This document shows positions 12,860 through 23,470 of a DNA stretch of 32,280 nucleotides, in pieces. The first letter of the stretch is position 1, and every line of letters begins with the position of its first letter. A program made the translations under genes and the position numbers. Origin of the DNA: Phoronis australis. Its lineage: Eukaryota; Animalia; Phoronida. The stretch is taken from assembly GCA_002633005.1 (NCBI GenBank), contig NMRA01000286.1:1-32280 (forward strand). Reading direction: 5' to 3'. The notes under the pieces were generated by a model, which ran no database searches, was not told the DNA's origin, and saw only the letters and a program-made list of their open reading frames with translations.

Positions 12860-13866
12860 GTTTGTGATTACAATCATGTGTTGATTATTATCATTACGAT
12901 TATTATTATTATTAATGTAAGATATGATTATTGTAAACAAATACAAAATGCAAGCTCACATTGATCTGCGTCTATCAAAATGATTGAGAATTCTAAAGTC
13001 GCTATCAACCATGTTCTGGTGTTGAAACTTTCTTCGTTGGCGCATTTACTGTTCTGAAACAATTCTACAGCACTCATATATCCTCTGTTTGACTTGAAAT
13101 TGGTTTAATTAATTTGCCTGAAATTCCTGACATCACCATACTGCCTTGGCGACTGAAGCTAAATCCGACAAGCAACTGAACTGGACCTGGTCGAAATGAT
13201 AATGACCAGCCAGTTCTGCTCAAGTCTCAAAGTCATTTCACAACTGGATGAAGGTATTTTAGGCCTTGGATTAGTCATTGATACAGTTTAGCTTCTACAT
13301 ATGGCTGGGGTTGGGTAGCCCAGCTGTAGAGACGTAGGGAACAAGTTATTAATCATGAAAATATCTCTCCAAGAAAATTGGGGAATCTTTATTTTGGTAA
13401 AGGTAAAATCAGAAACATTGTTTTGGCTTCTTACTCAGTGACAGCTAATCAGTTCTCAGTATTAATTTTCTGTTTCACTGAAAATTTCTAAAACCACTGA
13501 AAGAATTTAAAAGAAACTTTTTGAGTTAAGGTGGATTCATAAAGAAGTGATTTTTTATTTAATTTGTTGCCAATTTTCTGGACTCATTTTGTATGGCTCT
13601 AACTATGTCTAATTATATGTCTACGCTTAGGCTCCAAAATGGGTAGGTAGAATTCTGACTAGTGCCAGATATGACAAAAAATTCAAGACTATTTGGCAGT
13701 CCCTCTGTGGCATTTTAAATGACCGGTAAGAATTGAAATGTCAGACTCTTGTACAACATGAAAGTAATTGTGACCCCTAGTAGCTCACCTGTTCCAATTT
13801 GCACTATTTCACTTGCAAGTAGTTACTCAGTCACTTGATTAACCAGACCACATCAATTTTATGTAG

Positions 13867-14054
13867 GATCCTACTGCCAACTATCTGGGCTAACACAGTC
13901 GTCTGGCCTGTGTTCTGCTGGTTACTATTGTCCAGAAGGTCAGAATGTCAGTTCCCCTGCTGACTATCAGTGTACCCCTGGACACTACTGCCCTATAGGG
14001 ACTCCCACACAGATAGCCTGTCTGTCTGGCACTTACCAAGATGAATTTGTACAG
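13867..14054 (+). pseudogene. Cys-rich exon E (open)
   Basis: Acceptor tgtag. Encodes SYCQLSGLTQSSGLCSAGYYCPEGQ...CTPGHYCPIGT...GTYQDEFVQ. Donor GTGAGT. Confidence 0.85.
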
Positions 14055-14150
14055 GTGAGTTATGTGAAGGTGGTGAATTTTATTTATAGCTTGGCATGGG
14101 CAAAGGAGATGAATTCACTTAGAGAAGCAGTTGGTTCCCTGTCATCTACT

Positions 14151-14321
14151 GGGCTCCATTTCATGAAACTATGATTTAAATCTTAGCTTATTTAAGTCTT
14201 AAATTAACCAAAATAACAAAGCTGTCATTCTGTCACATGTAATGTTGCGCCTGTTGAACAATGCTGGTGACATCATGCCAACTATTGAGCGCGAGACTTT
14301 AACTTTCATGAAACTGTGCCT
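14151..14321. mobile_element. Possible short degenerate MITE (PIF/Harbinger-like ends)
   Basis: Imperfect inverted ends GGGCTCCATTTCATGAAA / TTTCATGAAACTGTGCC. No clear TSD. Confidence 0.35.
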
Positions 14322-14903
14322 TGGATTTTCCTTAATTCATTGAAGGTGTTCCATGTTTGTGTATGACAACTTGTCTAGTAGCTCATCTAGACCATTTAAA
14401 GTGACATCATCAGTGAGAAAAGGGTTTTTGAGACAATCCCGGTAATAAATTTCACAACTTCACTTATTGCAGCCCAGTGTATTGCTGGCTCATTTATTGG
14501 CTGAGGATAGTGTGTTCAACTAGTATGGCCTTGATTTCAGCGAATAGTTGGCAAACAACGGCAAAAAGTGGTGATTCGTAATAAAATTACCAAAACAAGG
14601 AATTTTGTAGCTTCCTACCTCTGGTCAAAAGTAATAACTTCACAAAGTCTATGCTATCCAACATTAATACCAAAATGTGTTCTTTGATACTGTTGTAAAA
14701 CTGATTATGTCCCTTTAATGTGTTGAACTTTGAAAAGGTCAACACAGTTTCCTTGCATGAACAATTCTGGGATAAATAAGGAAAGGGTTAACCTGTGGGT
14801 CATATCACTTGTTCATGCATTGGACGTGGTTGGGAAGTAGGTGACCTGTATTGTTTCATTGACAAATATTGTTGGACAATGGAGTCACACATAAGTGGGG
14901 GCC

Positions 14904-14960
14904 TTGTTGTTGTTGTTGTTGTTGTTGCTGTTGTTGTAGTTGTAGTTGTTGTTGTTGTTG
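14904..14960. repeat. (GTT)n microsatellite
   Basis: Imperfect trinucleotide run. It explains the poly-V and poly-T ORFs in the track. Confidence 0.95.
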
Positions 14961-16774
14961 AAATTAAGCTTACAGCCTGGAGCACTTACCAAGTTACAGA
15001 TGGATTGTATAGCAACTGCTAACCATGCAGCACTCAAGAGTGTAGCCCGGTCTTGTTCTTTTTTCAGCCTCGCATTTAATGGGCAAAATTATATAGGGGT
15101 GTACATTTAACTCAGGCAAAAGTCAGCCATTTTAGGTACCAGCTGAGGTGTACTGATTCATTTGGAATTAGTTTTTGTCCTTCTTGAAACAGAGGCTTCC
15201 TCTGATGGTCGTATGTTTGACATGGATGGTTTTGTTCAAATTACATAATTGGGCATTATAATTATGGTAATTAGAACTGCGTCTGGCACATTTGAAGGCA
15301 GCAGCTACTTACTGAGAGTGGAAACCACAGAAAAGTTCTGTTTGGATTGCAATCTTTGATTCTGTTGTCAGTTGATATTTTGTGTTCATCCAACATGAAG
15401 AGCTCCGGCTTGTCAGTCTAGACTAGAGTGTGTCATCTGTGTGGTAGATTTAAATGTTCAGTAAAGTGTGTTGCCAGAGATGTCTAGTAAAGGAAATCGA
15501 TCTTGATGCTAAGGATTGCCTGTTCTGTAATTATTATGAAGTTCCAAAACTTGTAAAATTGGCTTTTCATAACAGCATTGTTTGGCACAGTTTTGATGTC
15601 ATTCAGTTTTCATAAAGAGGATATCTCTGGTGGTGTTTGGTACTTGGTGTTTGGTACTTGGTGTTTGTATTTTCTGGCATAATGTTTTTGTATGACACTG
15701 TTTATCAAATATCATTAGGTATTATTTAGCTGGTTTAATGTAATATAATTTCTGAAACTTATCTGTTTTGCTTCACAGACGAGCATAGTAAGTCAAGCAA
15801 ACCAATCACTATGTTTCATTTGTTAATCACCTGCTTCTTGCTGCACTGTGGTCAACTGGTAAATTGGTCAACTGGTCACTTCTCATTGTTATGCACTGTG
15901 ACACTGGTGATGGGCTGCACTATTGTGTTTACTTGTTAAAGCTGCCANCCACACTGGACACCATATATTAAATGCCATGGTCAATCCAACTTATTAATCC
16001 TGGTTTTGAGCAATATTGAACTGTCAGTTCTTTCTAAAACCCAGAAATCTTTCTAATCATAGTAAGGAGTAGGTTGAGGCATGTTTTTAACAGTCAAATG
16101 TCTAAATCAAGAGTAAGGCCAAACTGTGTTTTTAAGTGAGGTAGGTTTATCACCTTAAAAGTACACACGACTCCTCAGAAAGGACATGAAATGACATAGT
16201 AATTGCATTTTTTCTTAAATTTCAAGTTACTAGAATTGTATTTACAGCTTGGTCTTGGGAAATTAGCTTTAAATTGGCATTAAATCCATGCTTTGTTAAA
16301 AAATGTGACGCATGCACTGAGGGCCTTATAACTATGGGTATTGGTGATGTGTTAATGACATATTAAAGATATTCAAATTTATTTTTGGAAGAATCTCTTG
16401 TATCATTTAAAATATTTATTGAGACTGTATTTCTGTTACGTCGCATTTCTACCTACACAATTAATTCAACAGTTAAAAGTCTTTGAAAATTTGATATAAC
16501 TTTAGGAAGTAAACTGTTTTAAATTGATATTTGGTTTCGATAGATAATTTCTGACGGTTCTTGTTAATATCCCTGTTGTCTATTTTCCAGTAGAAATTTG
16601 AATTGTTTAAGAAACATCAAATGCATCTCTGTAATTGGTCTCCTCTTATTTATTTATTTGTGTATTGATGTATTGATGTATTTCTTAGACTTGTGTTTGT
16701 GGTCCACAAGTAAATATTTCCTGTGAAGAATAAATTAACATACACTCATTAACATGGCAATGTATCACTTTTAG

Positions 16775-16941
16775 CTGGATTGTAAAGAATGCCCTGAGGG
16801 TTACTATTGTGATGCCTCCATACAGAACGACACCGTCTGCTCTCACGGTGTTCAAAACCCTCAGCCGTGTCCTGTGGGCCACTACTGTCTCAATGGTACC
16901 AAGTATGCACTGGAGTTTGGCTGTCCTAATGGAACTTATAG
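16775..16941 (+). pseudogene. Cys-rich exon F (open)
   Basis: Acceptor ttttag. Encodes LDCKECPEGYYCDAS...QPCPVGHYCLNGTKYALEFGCPNGTY. Donor GTGAGA. Phases fit exons E and G. Confidence 0.85.
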
Positions 16942-17083
16942 GTGAGAATGTAATGTAAATAACTCGCTCTAGAATTTGAACTAAAATCAAACCTTTTGCA
17001 AAAATTATTTAAAGGCAACAGTTCATCTTCATGTGGCTATTCTGAGACTGATCAATTCCCAGTACTAACATTTGAGTTAGATC

Positions 17084-17109
17084 TGATTGATTGATTGATT
17101 GATTGATTG
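17084..17109. repeat. (TGAT)n microsatellite
   Basis: About 6 copies of TGAT. Confidence 0.9.
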
Positions 17110-17544
17110 GTTATTTAATTTCTTCTTGGTCATTTAATTTTTAAAGGAAAAGATAACTAATTCTTGAATTAGCATAGACTGTCCTAATTCCTTAATTTTG
17201 TACAACCTAATCATTTTTAGTCGGTTTCTAAGAAAAAAATCAACCACGATGTACAACTAGTGAGAAACTGTGGACATTACAACAGTGTTAGAAGCCTAGT
17301 TTTGGTAATTATTTTTGTCCAAAGATTGTGAGGTTATGCCACATGCCACTTTTAATTGACCATTTATTTATTAGTACACCTTTGTTTGTGTGGTATGTTC
17401 ACTGAAAAGTTGACTTAAATAATTCGAAGTTAGCAATCCAAATAAATGTTTACAAAGTCATCAAGGGGCCTAGCTGTGAGGTCTAGGGGAGTGGGGGGAA
17501 ACTGTTCTTGAACTTTTAAAAACCTTCCCCTTTTTCTCTTTTAG

Positions 17545-17778
17545 TGACCGTACACAACTGAAGCAGGCATCTGATTGCACACCTTACCCAGGAGGTCAGT
17601 ACTGTGGCCAGGAGGGTCTGTCTAGTCCATCTGGTGGCTGTGTGGCTGGCTACATGTGCATGGACAAACAGACCGACAGATGGTACCACCAGTGACATCT
17701 ATAGTGCTTGCCGTTACTGTCCAGCTGGCTCCAACGACACCACTGACTGTCCACCTGGCTCATACACGCCAAACACAG
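17545..17778 (+). pseudogene. Cys-rich exon G (frameshifted, Cys>Tyr changes)
   Basis: DCTPYPGGQYCGQEGLSSPSGGCVAGYMC shifts frame near 17660 to RPTDGTTSDIYSACRYCPAGSNDTTDCPPGSY. Donor GTATGA. Confidence 0.8.
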
Positions 17779-18187
17779 GTATGATGGTTCAGGTGTTGAA
17801 ATTCAAAATGTTCTGTGGAATTAAAAATTGGTGTGATATCAATAATGCTTTGAAATTTTTTTGTGTATTTATAAATGGATGCTAGATTATTGATTTGAAA
17901 TTATGCTAAGTTGGTGAATTTTCCCATGAACTCCATTCAGTTCATGGTTTTATCACGTGTAATTTGAAATGTTAACTCACTGCATTAATGATCAAAAACA
18001 AAGGGTTCCACCTTAAAGTATGAACTGGTCTAAAGGTGGTGCTGCATGGTGCTATACGTCATCTTGCCTATAATCCTTTATGGTTTAACTGGAGTTGAAA
18101 ACCTTTGACCTATCCGAATACCCAGACTTGATATTTATTACATATTATTCACTTTCTGTGATTATACTCATGATAATCCATTTACAG

Positions 18188-18451
18188 GACTACAGTCTGA
18201 GGCCCAGTGTACGTCATGTGACCCGGGCAAGTACTGCGCCAACTATGGTAACGCGTTTCCAACGGGTAACTGCACTGAAGGATATTAGTGTAGTGGTAAC
18301 GCTTTTTTGGCTGCACCAACAGATGGTGTCACTGGAAACAAGTGCCCTGTCGGCCACTACTGTAAGGCTGGCTCTGGTGCACCTGTATTGTGTGAGCCTG
18401 GCACCTTCACTAATGCCGAGATCACAATCTCATGTCTTCAATGTACACCAG
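18188..18451 (+). pseudogene. Cys-rich exon H with premature stop
   Basis: Reads CTSCDPGKYC...NCTEGY*CSG with TAG at 18286-18288 where a Tyr is expected. Continues NKCPVGHYCKAG...CEPGTF. Confidence 0.85.
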
Positions 18452-18794
18452 GTTCGTAATGTTGGGCAATATTTTCATAGGTACTCTGTTGCATCCTTTC
18501 TGCTTTTTTGCAGTAGTTTATTGTTTGTTTTATAGTTTAGTGAACTTTGTAACTGTTAAGATCTGTTAAATTTTTATTGTCACTAGACAAAAAAAGAAGA
18601 TACACGAAATGGCTTGACAATATCTGATTTATTTATTTAGTGCTTCTGTTGTATTCTTGATTGACTGATGTAATTCAAATCCATGTTCCTAATGTGCTGC
18701 TTATATGACAAATTAAATGAATTCAAATTTTTTTCATCTTGTGTTCTTCACATTATACAGCCAATTTTCACGTGATCACTTTTGTCTTTCCCAA

Positions 18795-19005
18795 GGCATT
18801 ACTGCACCAATGGTTCTCACCCTCAACCCTGTCCTGCTGGCCTCTACTGTCCTAAGGGGACAGGATACGTGTGGCAGCCTTGCCCTGCTGGAACATTCAG
18901 TCCCCATACAGGACTAGCCAACGTATCCCAGTGTACTCAGTGTACAGGGGGCTACTACTGCAGTGGTGTGAATGGTACATCAGAGACTGGGGAGTGTGGA
19001 TCTGG
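18795..19005 (+). pseudogene. Cys-rich exon I
   Basis: Encodes HYCTNGSHPQPCPAGLYCPKGTGYVWQPCPAGTF...CTQCTGGYYCSG. The in-phase acceptor reads CCAA instead of CCAG. Donor GTAGGT. Confidence 0.8.
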
Positions 19006-19120
19006 GTAGGTTGTGTTTATGACTAAAACACTATACACACACACAGTATTGTTAATGGTACATCAGAGACTGGGAAGTGTGGATCTGGATGGGTTGTGTT
19101 TATGACTAAAACATTATACA
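18971..19120. repeat. Tandem duplication (83-bp period) of the exon I 3' end and donor site
   Basis: AATGGTACATCAGAGACTGGG...TTGTGTTTATGACTAAAACA occurs at 18971 and 19054. Confidence 0.85.
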
Positions 19121-19692
19121 TCCGCATTTACATTAAACAGAAAACTGCCATGAGAAGCTAGACTTCCACGAAGGCACTGATGCCCAGTTTTGCCTTGAGT
19201 TGAAGCAGAAATCTTGATTGTCTTTGCCATGGTTTATGGCTAAAATTTTATGTGATAATTAACTTTTTATTTAATATAAATATATTTGCAACAAGTTATT
19301 GGAGATATATAGCTGAAAATGACTACTGATTACAATGCTCTGAAAACTGATTTGGAAATGAATTTTCATGTGAAAAACCATTTCTTGCTGACATTCAGAA
19401 ATAATCTAAAAGTTCCCAAAATGAAATTATAGCGCCTTAAAATATGTATCCTGACACGGGCAATTTAGTTACTCTGTGACAAATGCTTGTAATTTTTTTA
19501 ATTCGTCATTATTCATTAACTACTGTCTACATACAATCATTTTATAAGATGGCTGGAAGGATGTGAATGTGAGCCTGGATACGATGCATAAGTAATTGAT
19601 GTGAGTATGGTGCATTTAGACAAAGAGCACGCGATACATTTAGTTAAACAGTGATCTTTTTATGGCTCTTGATAAGTGTTATCTTGCCTTAG

Positions 19693-19982
19693 GTATTATT
19701 GCCGCACTGGATCAGATGCTCAACGGCCATCTGGTTCTGGCACTGGAGATGCTGGCCCATGTCCTGTTGGCTATTACTGCTCTCAAAAGACCCAGGATCC
19801 TGTTGCCTGCCAGGCTGGAACATTCAACAACCAAACAGGACTGACAACACTGGCCCAGTGCCAGGACTGCTTGCCGGGCTATGCCTGCGAGACCCCTGGA
19901 CTAGGCTCACCATCAGCTCCTTGTGATGCTGGGTACTACTGTAGTATGGGCTCCAATACAACACAGCCTGACAGTGGCACAG
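19693..19982 (+). pseudogene. Cys-rich exon J (open)
   Basis: Encodes YYCRTGSD...GPCPVGYYCSQKTQDPVACQAGTFNNQTG...CQDCLPGYACETPG...CDAGYYC. Bounded by AG and GT. Confidence 0.85.
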
Positions 19983-20129
19983 GTGATTCATTGATGCCTG
20001 TCTCTTGTAAACTAATTGTAGTTGAGCTGATCACGTGACATGAAAGAGGCTTGTGTCAACACAAGCAGCTTTCATCGTAGTGTGTGCAACCAGTGTAGTT
20101 CCGAAAGGATAATTAAGCTGTATTTTCAG

Positions 20130-20247
20130 GTGGTCCTTGCCCAGCTGGTTCCTACTGCCCCTTGGGCTCCAGTCAACCCAAGCTGTGTCCAGCTGGCTTC
20201 TACAGTAGAGACGACAAGTATTCCATCTGCGATGATTGTCCTGTGAG
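20130..20247 (+). pseudogene. Cys-rich exon K
   Basis: Acceptor ttttcag. Encodes GPCPAGSYCPLGSSQPKLCPAGFYSRDDKYSICDDCP. The 3' edge is uncertain. Confidence 0.75.
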
Positions 20248-20743
20248 GAAGGAAGCTCAAACATAACTGGATGTCCAAAAGGTGTGCAGGGGACTTTTGT
20301 TTATTGGGTTTTTTGTTCTTGGCTGGTCCTGCTTCCAAGAGGAGCTTGTAGATAATGAAGCAATGTTCAGTTCACTTCAGTTGTGAAAGCTTATTTTACT
20401 AGGTGCTGAATGCTGTGGTGTAGTAACATAATTACTAAAACCCAGTAGTCTGTTTATTGCAACCCTTAATCTTTTCCTATTGATATAGTATTTATCATTG
20501 ATCACCATGAATGTACCACGTCTTTGAACTATTGAACACCTCAAAATGGTCAGAGAATGACTGACGGAAATGTGCTAAAATGTAAATAGCATAGACCAAT
20601 AGATTTTAAAAATGTTCATAGTATGTGTTTTGTACAATTATGTCACTTTTTGTCTGTGGCATCATTTCAGAAGGAACTGCTACTTTTCACTATGAAATTC
20701 ATATTTCGGTACATACACTTACTTTAAACACTTGATGGAACTG

Positions 20744-20840
20744 TGCTCAACCGTCATCTTCAGTTGGTCTCCTACTGTCCTTAATGGTTTCGTCCCTAAA
20801 CCAAGACCATCTCTAGTAGGCGGGACAACAGAGTTGATCA
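20744..20840 (-). ncRNA. Candidate permuted hammerhead ribozyme with a kink-turn in the retrotransposon 3' UTR
   Basis: Minus strand: UGA UCAACUCUGUU GUCCC G CCUACU AGA GAUGGUC^UUGGUUU A GGGAC GAAACCAUU AAG GAC AGUAGG AGACCAA CUGAAGA U GACGGUUGA. CUGANGA, GAAA and GUC are all present, with correctly registered stems I, II and III. Confidence 0.7.
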
Positions 20841-23469
20841 GGCTCTGCCTGACGGTTGTTGATGGTATTGCTGTTGGTGCTTCATCCATATCCAACAAGA
20901 TGCCTGTTCAGCTTTGGTGGCCACGTCGCGTAGAAGAACCTTCTTTCCTGTCGCAGAGACGCCTAGAGACCTTGCCAGAGCAGTAACCGAGCTGGCCGGA
21001 AAACCACGGCAACCAACCTCCACAGAAAAACTCCAACACCTCCAGCCGTTAACGTGGCAGTCACTCCTCAGTTCAGTATATTTCAGGTTCTTCCGCTCAT
21101 GTGCCTCTTCTACCTTACTCCCCCACGGAATGGTGAGCTCGATCAGGATGATCTGATGGGAACTATCCGAATAAAGAATCAAGTCAGGGCGCTGTGTAGT
21201 CTGGACAATGTGCTGTGGGAAGGATGACTGGTGACCGGCAAGATCAACCCACAATTTCCAGTCGTTGGCTGTGTGAAGGATGCCTTTTTGCGCTGGTGTC
21301 TTCTTCTTACTTGCCTCATCGCCACTTCCTCTGAAACTGATAAATTCGATCCGGTGGCTTCTTGACTTTGGTTTACTCTTGACTTCGTCAACCAACACCC
21401 TTGCGAAAACTTTCAGTACCTGGTTGTGTCCTGATGCCAAAGACACGCTGCAATATGACAGAATGTGTTCTAAAGAACATCTGCGTCCACACTGAATACA
21501 GCTCGGGTTGTCAGTAAGACCCCAAATAGCAAGGCTGCTGGGAGTAGGCAGTACATCATAAACAGATCTGATGAGAAACTTTGCTTTCAAAGGCGACATC
21601 TTCCACAAGTCCGCCCACTTTATTTCCCTTTGCAAGACTTTGTCCCACTGCGTCCACGCCCCCTGCTGACCCATCTGAACTGCTCGGGCATACCTTCCTT
21701 CGTTCTCTGACAATCTAACTTCTCTGATTAATCTGTCTCTGTCTGGGTTTTTAAGTCTCTTCCTTGCTGGATTCCCGGTCTTGTAGCCCAGTCCTTGCCT
21801 ACCCTGGCAAGCACTTCCTATTAGTTGCTTGTGCCTCAGCCGGCTTTCTGCTTCGCTGATTGCCGACGTGGTGGACCACTTACTGCCGGTACGTGACTGG
21901 GTGATGCAACCACTGATAGCCTGGTCAGATGTATTCCGCAGAGTGATACTGGCTCGCACTTTGGTAACTTTACATTCCTCCACCACAGATGAGACCGGTA
22001 GAACGAGTTTCGATGACTTGCAGTACAGCCCGACGTTGCTGAATGATGCAGGTAGACCAAGCCACCTTCGAATGAACCGGCTCGCTGCTCTTTCCATTTC
22101 CTCAGCTGAAGACGACGTGACGTCGTAGATTAACAGTGGCCACATAAGTTTCGGGAGCAAGATGAACTGGTAGCACCAAAGCTTGAATCTTCCGGGTATG
22201 CCGTCTTTGTCGATCTTCTCAAGCCAAACCTTGAGCTGGGCTTTCACATCCTTGACACGGGATGTGTCTCGTAGGCTGCTATCATAGTACTTGCCAAGGC
22301 ACTTGACTGGTTGTTCACTTATTGTTGGAATTCTGCATCCTGCTATCGAAAACGTCTGTCTCTTGAGCAACACGCCTCTGTTGATAATTAGTGATCTGGA
22401 CTTCTCTGCCTTGAATGACATACGGGCCCATTTAGTGAGCTCTTCTAGGCAACGGAGAATTGTTCTGGCTCCCACTGGTGACTCTGTCACAATTGTAATG
22501 TCGTCAACAAAAGCTCTACATGACGGCTGTCTGACTTCATCTAGCTTGGGACCTCTTCGCTCAGATTGGGCTCTCTTCAGCAGGACATTCATTGCCATGA
22601 TAAACAGGATGACTGAAATGGTACAGCCCGTCATAATTCCTTTTTCAAGGTGTTGCCACTTCGTAGTGAAGTTGCCGACTGTGAAACGCATCACACAGGA
22701 GCTATAGTATGACTTCACTATATTCTTGACTTTCTCAGGAATGTGGTAGATGTCCATGGCACGATAAACTAATACATGTGGTACCGAACCGTACGCATTT
22801 GCCATGTCGAGCCACACCATAGACAGATTCTTCTTGCCCTTCTTCGCTCGGTGTATGAGTTCACTTATGATAGAATTATGTTCCAGGCATCCAGAAAAGC
22901 CTGGTACCCCGCCTTTCTGTGAAGATGTGTCAATATACTTGTTCTTGATCATGAAGTCTGTCATTCTGCCGGATAGGATTGCTAAGTAGATCTTTCCTTC
23001 CACGCTGAGCAGTGAAATTGGTCAAAACTGGCTAATCTGCTTCGAGCCTTCTTTTTTCGGAACATAAACTCCTTCAGCTCGCCCCCACTGGGTTGGAACT
23101 ACGCCCTTCCTCCAGAGGATCTTAAACTGCTTCCAGAGCCTTTCTCTCAACTTGGGACACATCTTATAGACCTTGTAGGAAATTCTACTTGGAGCAGGGG
23201 CTGACCCCGATCGGGCTTTCTTCACAGTGCTATCCACTTCTGACTTCTTTATGTCCCCCAGATCAAAACCTTTGTCTGGTAGATCTTCAGCCTCTAGACC
23301 TGGAAAGTCGCCAAGGGGAGTATCTTTCAACTCATCGCTGTGAATTTTGGCAAGGTGATCCTCCAAGTCTGCCCGGTTGCAGGTAAGTGTTCTGCTTTTG
23401 CTCTTGCCTAAAAGCCTTGAAGCATACTGATAGGGGTTCCTAATGAATTCCTCTCTCTGCCTTGACCGT
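20838..23469 (-). pseudogene. RT-RLE ORF, 3' assembled copy (in-frame stop at 23022-23024)
   Basis: The 721-aa ORF 20838-23003 continues upstream in frame through a TGA. The duplicate copy has CGA at that codon. Confidence 0.85.
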
Positions 23470-23470
23470 N

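Noticed and set aside
14795-15022. Poly-Val and poly-Thr ORFs
   Set aside because: They are translations of the (GTT)n microsatellite.
15631-15668. 14-bp tandem repeat, and a similar 22-bp duplication near 3821-3863
   Set aside because: Ordinary local slippage duplications with no further structure.
18286-18288. In-frame stops as recoding (selenocysteine or readthrough)
   Set aside because: The TAG here replaces a Tyr codon in a gene that also has frameshifts, and the retroelement TGAs fit CGA>TGA decay. Mutation is the simpler explanation.
20711-20717. ACATACA, an inverted match to TGTATGT near 25979, as possible element termini
   Set aside because: Too short and low in complexity, and inverted termini are not expected for a non-LTR element.
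20757-20826. Reading the motif as a standard type I, II or III hammerhead
   Set aside because: CUGAAGA is not followed by the stem II strand and no suitable NUH follows GAAA in a stem III hairpin. Only the permuted pairing satisfies all three stems.
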